Program-made: the position numbers and the translations under genes
NCBI GenBank assembly: GCA_010909165.1
Contig: MU008160.1
Coordinates: 124,001 to 188,000 of the forward strand
From: Anthoceros angustus
Taxonomy: Eukaryota; Plantae; Anthocerotophyta
DNA length: 64,000 nt
Direction: 5' to 3'
Shown here: positions 23,284 through 36,400 of the stretch, piece after piece
Numbering within the stretch: position 1 is the first letter of the stretch
How the letters are laid out: each line of letters starts with the position of its first letter
Notes under the pieces: generated by a model
The model's database searches: none
What the model was told of the DNA's origin: nothing
The model's input: the letters and a program-made list of their open reading frames with translations, nothing else

Positions 23284-24005
23284 GGAGGAAATGGAGTATT
23301 GCTTATTGCAAAGAACGGTAACCTTGCTGATGAAGCATCGGTCGAAGTCCTACAAGGAGCCGCAGAAATATATGTTGTTACCTATCAACGGCATGGGCCA
23401 GAAAAGAACATCTCTGCCGCATATTTTGAGGTGGCCAAAGGACTTGAAGGAGGATAGTCGGATCACAGTGCATGTTGTTGGATGCATGATACATAATTAC
23501 ACGTTCAGAGCGCGGGCGTATTTGCATTATGTCAATCTCAGGAATGATGCAAATTTAAATATAACTATTATCCAGGACGTTATACACACATACGAAGGGA
23601 TACTTCCCAAAGTCTTATACCTGCAGCTGGACAACACATGCTGGGAGAACAAGAACCAGCTTCTATTTGCGTACTTGAACATGCTCGTTGAACTCGGGAC
23701 GTTCGAAAAGGTGAAGGTTGGATTCCTCCTCGTGGGGCATACGCACGACCAAGTGGATCAAATTTTTCTTGTTTCTCTAAGCATTTAAAACATAAGGAGG
23801 CCCGGTCATTGCGAACTATGCAAGAAATATTAAAGGCTTCGTTCACGCCGAATCCAGAGGTGAAAGTATTGACAGAGGTGGCTGACTTCCGGACATACGT
23901 ATGGCCATTACAATTAGTAAACGGCAGCCGGAAATATACAGCTGTGGTCCGGAAGTTGAACAATTTTTCATTTCAGCACCAGTTCAAAATCACCTGCGAG
24001 GACAA
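23284..24005 (+). mobile_element. DDD-type transposase catalytic core (Sola-like), degenerate, inverted relative to its C-terminus
   Basis: KYMLLPINGMGQKRTSLPH (degenerate IDGMDQ.KT.LPH), LYLQLDNTCWENKN, FLLVGHTHDQVDQIF, then FSFQHQFKIT. Confidence 0.7.
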
Positions 24006-24009
24006 AGTT

Positions 24010-24590
24010 GGACGGTGACGCTATCAAAAGTCCAGACAGCCTGGAAGATATCCAGGTGCCACTCCTCTACCAACTCCTCCGCTTCCTCCAGCCAGGGTCC
24101 GAAGTCTGGGTAGCGTTTGGTGACAATGTTTCGCTCCACTAAGCGCCAGGGTTCCCACACTTCCGCCGCCTTCTTGGGCCCCATTGCTGCGTTCACGTTG
24201 TTCGGCTGCTGAGGGTGGAGGCTTCGCAACTCTCCGTTCTCTCGTCGCTGAGTCAATCGCTCCAGTCGCAAAGGCAGGCTACTCGCAAGGATGCTCGGGC
24301 GCTTGAAGAGACAATGCCAGAGAGCGGGGTGTCTTAGCGCGAGAGACTGCGAAAACCGCCGCGAGGTTGCCTGAAAGAATGACCTTCGCTCGGGGTGGCG
24401 GCGTCGAGAGTAACCGAAGCGCGGATGGGCGTCCCTTCGCTGCCCGTAACTGTCAGAGGCCTGCATAGCTTACTCTAGCCTTACGCCGCAGTACTCTGTC
24501 TGCGCGTGCTCTAGCCTTACGGCACAGCTAGCTTTTGCGCGAAGCCTAGCCGGCGCGCCTGGGGCGTGAATACCTGCCTATAACGGCCAC
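24010..24590 (-). mobile_element. Fragment of the giant-LTR Gypsy family (LTR leader plus start of LTR ORF)
   Basis: MGPKKAAEVWEPWRLVERNIVTKRYPDFGPWLEEAEELVEEWHLDIFQAVWTFDSVT; leader matches GGCCGTTAT..GGTATTCACGCCC at about 43905 and 53305. Confidence 0.85.
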
Positions 24591-24599
24591 TAGTAACCC

Positions 24600-25498
24600 T
24601 ACGGTCCTGGTCCGCTGCATGCCTGTCCACCTCTCAGCACCGTCAGGAGATAAGAGTCTAGAGAAGCTTGCCATTTTTCTAAAAAGTCGAAGACTGAATT
24701 TCCTTCTACTAGTTTGATTGAAAGTAATTGATCTTGGGCGTATAGTCTAAAAGCCGTACTCCCCTCTAGGTATGTTGATCGAAGCTTGTCCCACATGGCT
24801 TTGGCTGTGTCAAGTCTTTTGATAATAGGTATTAACCTATCCCCAACATGCAGCAGGATGTCTGAACGGGCTTGGGCATCTTTAAGCAGCCATGCAGGTA
24901 GATGAGCATGGTCCGTTGTGGGCACAGCTTCTGAACCTGACACGACAGGCCATGTGGAACTTCTCAAGAGGAGCATCTCAATTTGTGGTAGTTGACGCTT
25001 GTCAACTTGTCAATATGATATGCCCTAATGCTAGAGGGATTTGCCATGATTTTCTAAGTTATAGTATTGCAGTACTTAGGGTCGGTTTGTAATAAGGGCT
25101 ATTTGAGCAGAAAGCTCTCGTAGGGAGGAGAAGATGTCATGCTGTCTTCTATAGATATCATCAAGGTATGTTGTAAGGCTAGAAATGTGTGTACTTTGAT
25201 GAAGCAAAGTGCAAAGCTGATTGATTGTCTAACAAGTTTGTTTGTTGTCCTTTGATGTAGAAGAATAATATCAGAATTTGTGAGACTAGGTGGTGAGGCA
25301 TTTCTACAAGTACGAGGATGATATGTGGCTTTCAGACCGTGTACAAGAGTTTTTCTTCTACTGCTAGCATTTTGTTCATGATGCTCTACACGGCATCGAG
25401 GGCAGACTCTATCCATATTGGAGTGTGTGTTTTAGATTCTGCCCTGCATCATGCTTCTAAGAATGTTGGGCCATATCGATAGTGGCTCTGATACCATG
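24600..25498 (-). mobile_element. Truncated Copia 5' end: PBS plus gag
   Basis: PBS TGGTATCAGAGC (25485-25496, initiator tRNA-Met) preceded by CA; gag-like WLLKDAQARSDILLHV...TAKAMWDKLRSTY...LLSIKLVEGNSVFDFL. Confidence 0.85.
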
Positions 25499-26990
25499 TG
25501 CGTAAACAGCATGGAGAGCATGCTGTTTACGTAAACCATGTGCGTAAACAGCATGGAGAGTTCTTCCCTTTGCCTTCGAGCTTGTCACTGGGAAGTTCTG
25601 TGGTATCGTTCAACATGATCCTCTTCCTGCAGATGATTCTACCATGGAGGCATGAACACGAAGGAAAGAACTCTGACCGGTTCGTTAGGAACTTGGAAGG
25701 CGGAACTCGAAAGGAAGAACTCTGATTACTGCTTTTCTTGTGTAACGGACCGATGTTTAGGGCTTGCAGGGCTAGCTAGCTGCCTGAATAGGGTTTCTGT
25801 AGTTTCATTTGACAATGTCGGCCGGCAGGTTGAGCTGTGGAAGGCTGACCATGTTCGCCGTTTTCTAGCCCACAGTCTTTCAGCCTTCATTGATATCGTA
25901 GTCTCGTTTGTTGCCATGGTGGGGATTGTCTGCTAACTGACGGATGTATCTGGAGCTCATCTTTAACAGTTGGCCGGTTGATACATACGGTAAGGCCCTA
26001 CACGAGGAACGCGGCGGACTGGCCTTCCTCCTTCAATCAAGAATCTGATCCGGAACCGTGTAACCCTTGAGCTGCAGCCCGGCCATCGTGAACTGAAAGC
26101 ACCGGTCTCCTGCTTGATTGTCAGGGCAGTCACTCGATGAGCACGTCTTGTGAAGTTGAGCTTTAGGATCGTGTTCGCACTCCACACAAAGCTATTCAAA
26201 GAAGGCTTAGGAGAGCCCTAGGTGAACAACACAGCGGGCAATCATATTTGTGGACATCAAGAACAGGGGCACTGACACTGTGGGCATAAAACACAGAAGC
26301 TGATCAATGCACTGGAGTTGTTCTGCATATTTCTCGACCATTCCTAGGATGGGCAGCTGGTCTGCAGCAGAAAGCTCGGCTCGGTGTACATCCACATATG
26401 ACAAGCGGTCACAGTTTGAAAGTAACCAGGCTTCAAACTTGAAGTTTGAAGTCTGTTCTATCTTGAGAAATAAATTAGTCTGCGAGACTAACTCTTTTGA
26501 TCAATTTGGTGCACAATGCATCAACTTGCGAGCTTCGGATTCATGTGCTGGCCTTGCTGCCCTTCCCGTCTCCCAGCTGCTTTAGTTCCACATTCGTGAT
26601 GTAGCTTGCAGCTGAGCTGCTGGAAACCTCATTAGCTCCCGTGTGGAGTAGTCAAGATGCTGAGCATGGTTGAAATTGTCTCTTGATGTTGTGTGAAGTG
26701 GCTTATGCTATGTGCGTGTACAAAAAGATCCATCAAAGAGTATTTTATCAAGCATATGCGTGCAAATTCATACAAAGAGAATTTTGAAGTACGTTATACA
26801 TCAAAATACACAATAAGTGTAGTAAACCGACACCCTCACAAGTTGAGAGCACGTCTCTATATATAGACGGGTGTCTCCAACGGATCTCATCGGTTCTAGC
26901 AAGCCACATATGATTCCGATCTCTAACAGGATATATCAAAGTGTTTGTTCGTACAGCCTAGCGGGTCGTGAATTAAAGGAGCCAGAGAAG

Positions 26991-27698
26991 CTAGAGATGG
27001 AACAGGCGCTTCTGCGCATCCAGGAGGTACTGGGTCTGCTTGGGCGTGATTCCGAATGCCTGCCCTAAAACATCCGAAGGAATGTCGGAACTCATGAGAG
27101 CGCTCACAAAGTTTTGAGCAGGAGAGTACTGCGTGTTCAGAGCCGAGATGACCCAAGACAGACCGTCCGCCACATTCTTCATGAAAATCAAAGATCCCCG
27201 AGGAAACACAAACACTTCTCCCTTCTTCAAAAGGGTCTTGTACAGCTTGTGGCTCTGAGACGGCACGAACGCCACCTCCAGCTCTCCCTCCACCATGTAG
27301 ATGATCTCGGTGGCTCGTGCGTGGTGGTGGGGTGGGTTGAGCCCCCTTGCCGAAGTCGATCCTCTGCAATGCAATGCCCAAAGTGTTGAGCCCCGGGAAG
27401 ACGTTCACAAACCCGCTGGTGATGACGCAGCCCAGAGGGTGCTTGCTGGTGTCGCCCGGCGTCACCAAGCCAGAGAATTTGAAATCCTCAGCGGTGGTCT
27501 CTTCCACCGACTTACAGGTGAACCCATTGATGTGGGGTTGGGGTTCTTCACGTCCTTCGCCACACAGAAATCCTGCAGCGGGTCGGGGTCCGAAGCAGCC
27601 GTGAAGCTGGGCGCGCAAGCAACGAAGAAGAGCACAGCAGACGAGATCACAATCAGCTGCATCGTTGCGTCCAGGAGCGAGGTCTCGCAGCGGGCCAT
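26991..27698 (-). pseudogene. Germin-like protein 3, two frameshifts in homopolymer runs (pseudogene or sequencing error)
   Basis: Collinear with GLP2; C7 run shortened to C5 (about 27342) and G5 to G4 (about 27534); no in-frame stops otherwise seen. Confidence 0.85.
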
Positions 27699-27820
27699 GG
27701 TTGAGGAGTTGGGTCAACGGGACAAAGATCCTTGAGCGATAGAACGTAAGTTGCAGGGGAAATCGAAAACTGGAATGCCGAGCGCTGCAAACGGTGATAG
27801 TGGATGCAGGCTGGCCGGGC

Positions 27821-27826
27821 TTTATA
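27821..27826 (-). promoter_or_regulatory. TATA box of GLP3
   Basis: Conserved GATGGTATAAAG. Confidence 0.6.
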
Positions 27827-28824
27827 CCATCGCCCACAAGGCCAGATCGCACTGCCAGGCATGATCGTACGTGTGCACAGCCGTTAATCCGGTGTTCTGA
27901 GGTCCAGATGGTCTGCAACAAAAATCTGTGGAGGGGAAATTTTAGAAAATTCGCAAGCACATGAAGGGTCTGCAAGTTGGATATGGGTGCGTGATGGCAT
28001 GCCGGGATGCAGGGCGCTAACGCTGTGCGTCCGGACACTGATTTCGATGCCAGCTGACGTCTGGCCGACAAGGATTTTTGGGAAGTGGTGCATCGAAGTT
28101 TCGGAGTCAGCTTCCAGCCCATTGCATGGAACTAGTCATGGCAGAGCAAGTTAGGTTTCTGGGAGACAGGGTCAACTCGCCTGTACGTACGCACCCACGG
28201 CGTCTTAGCACCAGATCCTCTCCTCGATTGAATAATGAGATCGATCTTGGAAGTTGCAAGTTGCACCAATGCCTTCCTGGTTTTAGGGACCCTTTCATGG
28301 CCGACGATCCGGTCACCATCTCTTGTCAGGCTGCGGTCCCGGGAACTTTCCTTCTATCGCTGGTTGCATTTACTGCCCCAGAAGCTCGGTGCTGATGGAC
28401 GGCCCGACACAAATGAAACCCACAAATCAGAAACCACCAGCCACACATTATATGCGGCATGCCATGACTGCAGTAGCGGGAAGGCGCTGTTGCGTGGTTT
28501 GTTGGAAACTTGGAAGGCGAAAGAACGAATTCTGACTGGTTAGATGTCCATCGATTACAACTTAGGGTTTATTGCAAATTAGGGTTTGCTAGGCTACCTA
28601 GCTGGTCTATGGTTCCCGATTAGGGTTTCTGCAATTTCTGTTTCCAATGTTGGCCGGCACGTTGAGCTCTGGAAGGCTGGCGATGTTTGCCGTCTTCTAG
28701 CCCGCAATCTGTCGGCCCCCATTGACATTGCAGTCTCGTTTGTTGCCATGGTGGGGATTGTCTTCGGATGTGTCTGGAGGTGGTTTTGAACAGTTGGCCT
28801 GTTGTTACATATGGTGGGGCCCTA

Positions 28825-29635
28825 CACGAGGAACGCGGCGGGTGTCACGTAAGGAGCTGTTCCAGCTGGCCCGCTCTGGTCAGTGACTGTTAGGGATGGA
28901 CGTGGGAGACCGTAGTATCGGCTTGGGGATCTCAGATGTTGCCAATCCGGTCACCTCTCCCGTTAGGGTTTTTTCCCGGTTGCTTGTTTCCTGTTCTCCA
29001 ACGTTGCAACCCCGTGCTTTGTTGATGCTTGTATGACGTGAAAGCCCTGTGCAGGTGCAAGATGCAATGTGCGCTGCGTTGCAGGCTAGATGCCTCATCA
29101 TCTTGAATGTGTCTATAGTCGCACTACATTTAACTGCTTCTTGAATTTTGCTGCTTGCTCAGCTAGTAGATCAGGCTGCAACCGTCGGAACCATGTTTGT
29201 TTGACACAGTCATCGACCAAACCAGCGAGCCAGTTCTAGTGAGAGCATCTTGATTCTGCCTTTGTAGGATCTTGGGTGTCTTTTTCGTCGCCTGGCGGAC
29301 GCTTTGACTGTCCGCTCGTTTGTCTGCTGGTGTGCTTGTAATTGCTGTGTGCACATTGTGGTTTATTTACCAAAGAACAAACTTCTGTTTATATTTCGAT
29401 GTGCATTAGTGTAGCTCGGTACGCCCAGTGGACAGAAGCGTTATGGTCCTTCGTTCATCCCTTCGGAACAGTGGTTGTGCAACTCTGTACGTAGTCTACC
29501 GTTTCGTCTTGTTGCAGTGTCGTATGCCGATTGCAGTCAGGTCATTGTGATAGTATTCATGATATTTTCTCTGCGTCGACCGTTTTCCAGGATCATCTGT
29601 TGCTCAACTTTCTTCCATTGGACTCGTGATTGGTC
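28825..29635 (+). pseudogene. YqgF-like pseudogene, truncated copy 2
   Basis: Paralog of 18215-19040; TGA in GQ*LLGMDVG; breaks off after GLVIG. Confidence 0.65.
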
Positions 29636-30195
29636 ACCGTCTTGCCTTTCTATATTCTAGAGACTTCCTTCTAGTTCTCTTGGCTACCCAATTGTTTTTC
29701 TCTTTCTTTTTCGTGTTTTTTCCGGTTTGACAGTTTTTCATTTTTCGTCGTTGCGGTTTCGGCTTTGGCTGCCTGGCTGTGGCACTCGGCCGTTCTCCTG
29801 TTGGAGTCTACGGAAATGAACCTATCCTTGCAGGGGAAAGCGGAGTTTGTTGCAATCAGTTTCTTTCTGGCTGTCGCGTGTGTGTGGCGTTTTGCCAGCA
29901 AGAAACTGATCTTTCTTTTAGGGTTTTTGCTTTTAGTGGAGCGTTTGAATTTCAGTGGCAGCGCTTTTTGCCTCGGTCTGCTTCTTTGGTTGTTGCGCGA
30001 AGGATGGGTTGCGGGATTGGGTCCCGTCGTTGTTCTGGTGCAGTCCTTTCCATGCAGCGTTCAGGCCGATTCGGTCGGGAAAACTAATCTGGCAGCAGTT
30101 GGCCAGGCCCTGATGGAGGAGGAGAATGCAGGTGGCGTCAGGAATGACTTGTAAGCTAGAGAAGTCTTTGCAGCCTTGTCAAACGTTCGGCAACT

Positions 30196-31075
30196 TCCTG
30201 AACAAGCTTCTGAAGTTCTGGCCCATGAGAGCAATCGTGTCACAGAGACGTCACTGGGTACACTGTATGGCTGCAGGATTGTGGTGACGGGTAAGTGGGG
30301 TGCAGAGCCCTGACAAAATCCACGCTGAGATCAGTCTAAGCTGATCGATACACCTGGCAGATTCAAATTAATGCTGGACAGAGGAAAGTGTGCTTGCAGA
30401 TGGGAACTGTACTCAACAGACCTGCCCTTTATAATACATCTCCTCATCCTCATGAACGAGTTTGTGAGTAGCCAAATCGGTGAACGATGAATCTTCTGGA
30501 CCCTCTTGCATGACGGATTTGTGTGGGTAGAAAAATTTTGGGCCGAGCGAAGAAATCTGGGTCAGAGAAAATCAGGCCTGTGCTACGGTGGGACATTGAG
30601 AATTCGAATGATGCGCCCCTCATCATCTACTTCCATGGGCACATCCTGGGACATGAGCCTGCCCTACGGCTAGGGTAGCCAGGATAGGGGCGGGGGCGGG
30701 GGTGGGGGCCGACAGCCTCGGGTGGAGCATCTCTTGGTTACTTCGCTAAAGACATGAGCACGTCTTCGAGGCATTTTTTGGGGCATGGTTCGAGAACGAT
30801 TGGTTTTGCCAAACCTCACTTCCGTTAAATAACTGTCAAACACATCCGCACACGTTCACAGCCGATGCATGTACTGGCAGTGTGCAGTGCATAGCATCCA
30901 GTGGCTCGAGACCGGTAGCTGCCAGTGCCGGGTCTCCACTTCTCAGCAAACCAGCTGTACAGCATCTGATCACATGGATGCTGCAGCCTGCAGCTCCACA
31001 CTTTCAAAAACCTCACAGGATTACTGCAAAGAATACTGTAAGCAATGTTCTGAATTGGAATTGGAGAAGGCATGT
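30196..31075 (+). pseudogene. Kinase-like relic, diverged copy 3
   Basis: Homologous to 4622-5445 (e.g. ENSNDAPLIIYFHG, HLITWMLQPAAP). Confidence 0.4.
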
Positions 31076-31896
31076 AATCTATGAAGTCCTCCATTGAGCA
31101 CTACGATTCTCCAGACCAAGTTTGCTGTGGTCTGCACTTGAAGAGGAAGGCTGCGGTCTAATGTCGGGTATACTTGCCAGGCTTCATGTTAGCATGGGGT
31201 AGATTGGAATGTAGAGATGGTGTGGGGCATTTGTAACTACTCCACCATTGCGTCATGGGCTACTTGGTCACTAGATCCATCGTGGAGTGTAAAATGGATA
31301 GGATAAGGTCGACCGTGGACAAGGACATGGGGAGTACTTATGGGCCATGGAGCATCGACCTCCTGGCGTAATAAATGCAACATGTGTGAGAAGGAGAGTT
31401 CCCGGAGCTGCAGCGCGGCAAGACATAGTGACCGGATCGGTAGACATGAATGGATCCCCAATGGCAGGAGGGGCAGGCCAAGTTGCGGCCTCCAAGATGG
31501 ATCTCATTATTCAAATCGGGGAGAGGATGTGTTGCTAGTCTCCCATTGGCGCATCGGGCTGATGCCATCGTCCAGAAACTCAACTTACTCTGCCGCGACA
31601 GTCCCAAGAAATGCCACTGAAGTTGACTCTGGAGGTTCCATTGCACTATGCAGCCTTTCCCAAAAATCCATGCCTGCCAGACGTTCGCTTGCCTCGAAAG
31701 CAGTGTGCGGAGGCACAGGGTTCGCGCCTCGCATCGCGCCCTTTCCTGTGTCCGCGAGTTTCCTTTCATGTGAATTTCCTAAAATTTCCTCTCCACAGAT
31801 TTTGTCGCAGGCCTCTGGACCTAAGAACACCCGGATTAGCGGCTGTGCACACGAACAAGCTGGTCTGGCAGTGCGATCTGGCCTTGTGGGCGATGG

Positions 31897-31902
31897 TATA
31901 AA
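31897..31902 (+). promoter_or_regulatory. TATA box of GLP4
   Basis: GGCGATGGTATAAAG, about 130 bp before the ATG. Confidence 0.6.
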
Positions 31903-32032
31903 GCCTTGCCCGGCCCGTCTCCACCATTACCACCGATCTGCAGCACTCAGCGTTCTTGTCGCAGCGCAGTCTGCGACTTCCTCTGCATCGCTCTTGAAAG
32001 GATCTGAGTCTCGAGGACCCATCTCCTCAGCA

Positions 32033-32743
32033 ATGGCTCACTGCGACACCACTCTCCTGGACGCAACGATGCAGCTGATCGTGATCACGTCTGCTGTCCT
32101 CTTCTTGATTGTTTGCGCGCCCACCTTGACAGCTGCATCGGACCCCGACCCGCTGCAGGATTTCTGTGTGGCGAAGGACGTCAAGAACCCCAACCCCCAC
32201 ATCAATGGGTTCACCTGTAAGTCGGTGGAAGAGACCACCGCTGAGGATTTCAAATTCTCTGGCTTGGTGACGCCGGGCGACACCAGCAAGCACCCTCTGG
32301 GCTGCGTCATCACCAGCGGGTTTGTGAACGTCTTCCCGGGGCTCAACACTCTGGGCATTGCGTTGCAGAGGATCGACTTCGGCAAGGGGGGGCTCAACCC
32401 ACCCCACCACCACGCACGAGCCACCGAGATCATCTACATGGTGGAGGGAGAGCTGGAGGTGGCGTTCGTGCCGTCTCAGAGCCACAAGCTGTACAAGACC
32501 CTTCTGAAGAAGGGAGAAGTGTTTGTGTTTCCTCGGGGATCTTTGATTTTCATGAAGAATGTGGCGGACGGTCTGTCTTGGGTCATCTCGGCTCTGAACA
32601 CGCAGTACTCTCCTGCTCAGAACTTTGTGAGCGCTCTCATGAGTTCCAACATCCCTTCGGATGTTTTGGGGCAGGCATTCGGAATCACGCCCAAGCAGAC
32701 CCAGTATCTCCTGGATGCCCAGAAGCGCCTCTTCCATCTCTAG
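32033..32743 (+). CDS. Germin-like protein 4, intronless, inverted relative to GLP1-3
   Basis: 236 aa from MAHCDTTLL; same germin boxes. Confidence 0.95.
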   Translation: MAHCDTTLLDATMQLIVITSAVLFLIVCAPTLTAASDPDPLQDFCVAKDVKNPNPHINGFTCKSVEETTAEDFKFSGLVTPGDTSKHPLGCVITSGFVNVFPGLNTLGIALQRIDFGKGGLNPPHHHARATEIIYMVEGELEVAFVPSQSHKLYKTLLKKGEVFVFPRGSLIFMKNVADGLSWVISALNTQYSPAQNFVSALMSSNIPSDVLGQAFGITPKQTQYLLDAQKRLFHL

Positions 32744-33492
32744 CTTCTCTCGCTCCTTTCACGACGCGTTAGCCCGTACGAGCGAACACTTTGATATGTG
32801 CCTGCTAGAATCGAAGAGATCCGCTGCAGACACCGCCGTCTATATAGATTTGCTCAACTACGAGCAGTCCTGTTGGTGCCGTTTTACTATACTTGTGTAA
32901 TTTGATGTGTGATCTATAAATTTGCAAGTTGAAATACATGCTTGGTGAGATGTTCTTCGATGATCGCCCATTTTTGCGCATCCCTCTTTATCGCACAAGC
33001 CATTGCAGACAACACATTGGAAGATATTCATCTCTTCCCAACGGTTGGATCAATCCACACTTTGATTAGCATTTAACCCAAGGAGCTTGAAGCAGCTCAT
33101 ACATGGGGAACTACGCAGCTCTGAAGGGAAAAAGGGAAAAGGGAAACGGAAAGGCTTGTCTAGGTCACCTCAAAGCTCGCACGTTGAGGCACTCTGCATT
33201 GATGCACCAGGAACGACCAGCGACGATAACAATGTACTAATATGCACCAATTGATCAAAAGATTTTAGTTTGCAGACTAATTTATTTTCTCAAGATACAA
33301 TAGGATTTGAAACCTGTTTACTCACGGACTAGAAACTGTGGCTGCTTTACGGTAGACGCACGTCCTGCCTGCAAGAGCCTAAACCAAAGGCTGAAATGGC
33401 ACAGCACGGAACCTTCGTTGGTTAGCATTGCTAGTACAATTTGTGAAAGAATGAATGGGCTTGGGATGGAATGGAGCTTACTGGTCTCTGGT

Positions 33493-36400
33493 TGTAAGAA
33501 CTAGCTCGGACACAACACGGCACGCAACATAGGGATCAACACTAACTAGTTAGCGTATACCTGGCAGGCAATGGATGGCACACAATAGCACCACTGGCTT
33601 AGATAGGCTCCACAGTACACATCAATATGGTACACAGGGTGCTACATATATAGCCCTTAGGCTAGGCAACTATCGGGGAGGTAAGCCCTAGACTCGATAG
33701 TCCAATATCCTAGTATATCCTAATATACTAGAGTAAGTAGCAGAGGATTGAATCTCTAACACTCCCCCTTCAAGCTAAAGCTACTTACCGATGCCAAGAT
33801 CCGAACGAAAGTGTGCAAACTTTGCGCCGCTGAGCGCCTTGGTAAAGATATGCATACCCAGAAAAAAAAGTTGCCTCTCCAAGATCACGCATCCAGAAAC
33901 TCATTGCCAATTGTCGCTTAACCTCTTGGATTTCAGACAAGTTGTTCCCAAAAATGAGAGCATCGTCCACATTCAGGACGAGTACCAGGTGAACATCACC
34001 AACCTTCTTAATGTAGACATTCGAGTCGACGGAAGATGGTGTAAACCCCAAAAGCTTTAGGGCTTTGTCGCATCTCATAAACCACCGTAAGGCAGATTGC
34101 TTCAAACCATAAATGGACCGAAGAAGTTTGCACACCTTATCCTCCATGCCGGGAACCTCGAAACCTGGAGGTTGCCGCATATAAATTTCTTTGACTAACT
34201 CGCCGTAAAGGAATGCAATCGTAACGTCCAAATGATGTATGTCCGCACCTGCCCCCTCGGCAAATAAGGTTCATAATTCATGCGAACTAGGGAGAAGGTC
34301 TCTCGTAGTCCAGCCCTTTCACTTGAGTGAAACCGCGAGCCACTAGTCTCGCCTTATGCCTTTCCGAGATCCGTGCATTGTACTTCTTCTTGAAAGTCCA
34401 CTTGCGATCGGCGCTTTTCTCCGGTGTGGCAAATCAACCAACGTCCAAACGTTGTTTTCGAGCATCGAATTATACTGAGTACGAATAGCTTCATTCCAGA
34501 ACTCACCTTCAGGTCTGTTTCGTGCTTCCTCAATTGTGAGTGGGATATCATCTTCGAGAAGAAAACACCATTCTGGTCCGCTCACCATGTTGAGCTGGGC
34601 ATTCTCGAGGACCTTCCACGAAGGCTGTCGGACCCTTGTCGACCATCTCGGAATAGCTGCTATTGGTTCGTCCTCTGCATCCTCCGATGCTGGAACTAAC
34701 TCCTCAACTTCTTCTTGTTGTGCTCCTTACGATTTCCTCCTCAGAATTCTGCGGAACAATAGGTGGTACGACCTCACTTGCTGGGATGTTCTCACCATCA
34801 CCCTCCGGTGTGTGGTGATCCTCTTTTGCTGTCATTGGTGGACCTAGGACAAGGAAGGTGTCATGGATAAACTCAGAGTCGAGGTCCGTGTAAACAGCCG
34901 TGCTATCCGTATGACTTCCAATGTTGTTCTCAGCGAACACGACATCAGAACTTTCATGCATCTGCTTGCTGACGGGATCCCACAATCATAAGCCTTTCAT
35001 TCGCATAACCAATGAAGGCGCACTTGATGCTTCGTCCAACTTCTTCCGCAGCTTGCTTAGGAACATGCACGCTCTGTGACCAAACACTCTCAAGTGTGAG
35101 ACATTTGGTTTCTCACCAAACCAAGCTTCATGGGGTGTCATAGAGCCACCTAGCGCCATGGTAATTGACATATTGCATGTATTACCGCCGCACGCATCAA
35201 AAATATTTTGGCATCCTACTTTCGCTAGCATACTCCTAGCGCCATTGCGATAACGATTCTTCCTCGGCGATCCACACTGTTGGCGTGTACCTTGTCGTCA
35301 TCTCTCTTCCGGCCGGCTGTGCATTCATCCTTGAAGAGTTTACTCAAATACTCTCCTCCCCATCGATTCAAGTTTCTTCAACTTCTTTCTGTTTGTTTCT
35401 CCATGATGCATACGAACATCGAAATGCTTGGAGGCGTCACTCTTCCGAGGAAGTACACATTCTCTGCTATAGTCGTCGATAAGCGAAATATAGTATCTAC
35501 TTTGTATCATCCTTGCTTCCACTTGCATTGGTCACAAAGATCGAGTGGACAAGTTCCAAGACTTCTTTTGCTCTCTTCGTGATCAAACATAAGACCTTGA
35601 GGATGCTTGCCTTTCATACAAGCGTCCACAGACCAAGTTCTTACGGAGCTCCATGCACATCACGAGCTTCCGCTCCATCTCCGGAGAAACTTCAAGTTGG
35701 TATGCCCAAACCGTCTATGCCACGATGAGGCATTTCCACCTTTCTCTCAAACAACGAGAACCTCTTGGTCGTTAGGAACCTCCATCAGTACAAGTTCCTG
35801 TCACGGTGGCCTTTTGCCACCACATCGCCATGCATCGACCATTCTTGAAACAAAACTTCCTTCTTCGTAAAAGGACTGCGGACACATCGGTCAATGGTGC
35901 CACGGACATGAGATTTCTATGTAGGTGCGGTACAAGCTCCTCCATTGCCTTGACCTCGTCGAGCAATCGAGCTGTACTCCCCACACCCTCGGCCTATCTC
36001 GCTATCGTTCCCTAGGCGCATTTCTTCTCCCTCCTGTAGTCTTGAAGGGCTCCTTATCCTTCACCATAAAGGATGTACATGCGAGAATCTATCTCGGGGT
36101 ATCGTTTCTTTTATGTACGCATGCGATACTTCTTCTATGGCGTTGCCTCCGCAACCTCACCTTTACTCTCACCCTCCGTGAGATGTGCGGTCTTCGATCC
36201 TTGCAATCCTTCTCATAATGACCATACTTGAAGCATTTCCTTGTCCCTCTTCACTATTCTCTTGTCCTTACATCCCTGAGGACTCCCCACCTTGTCCTTG
36301 TTCCGGTTGTTCGTCCCTTCCCTTGATGAACATCGCATGCTCCGGACTGTTGAAGATCCCCATTGCGTCCAATGGCGAGTCTCCTTCGCCAACATCTTAG

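Noticed and set aside
26025-26580. Possible F-box/LRR-type gene relic on the minus strand
   Set aside because: No diagnostic motif that I could support.
26923-28122. 399-aa ORF
   Set aside because: Artefact of the GLP3 frameshifts joining promoter DNA to part of the GLP frame.
31340-32032. 231-codon N-terminal extension of GLP4 (467-aa ORF)
   Set aside because: The region is homologous to non-coding upstream DNA of GLP1-3, contains the conserved TATA box, and would bury the signal peptide.
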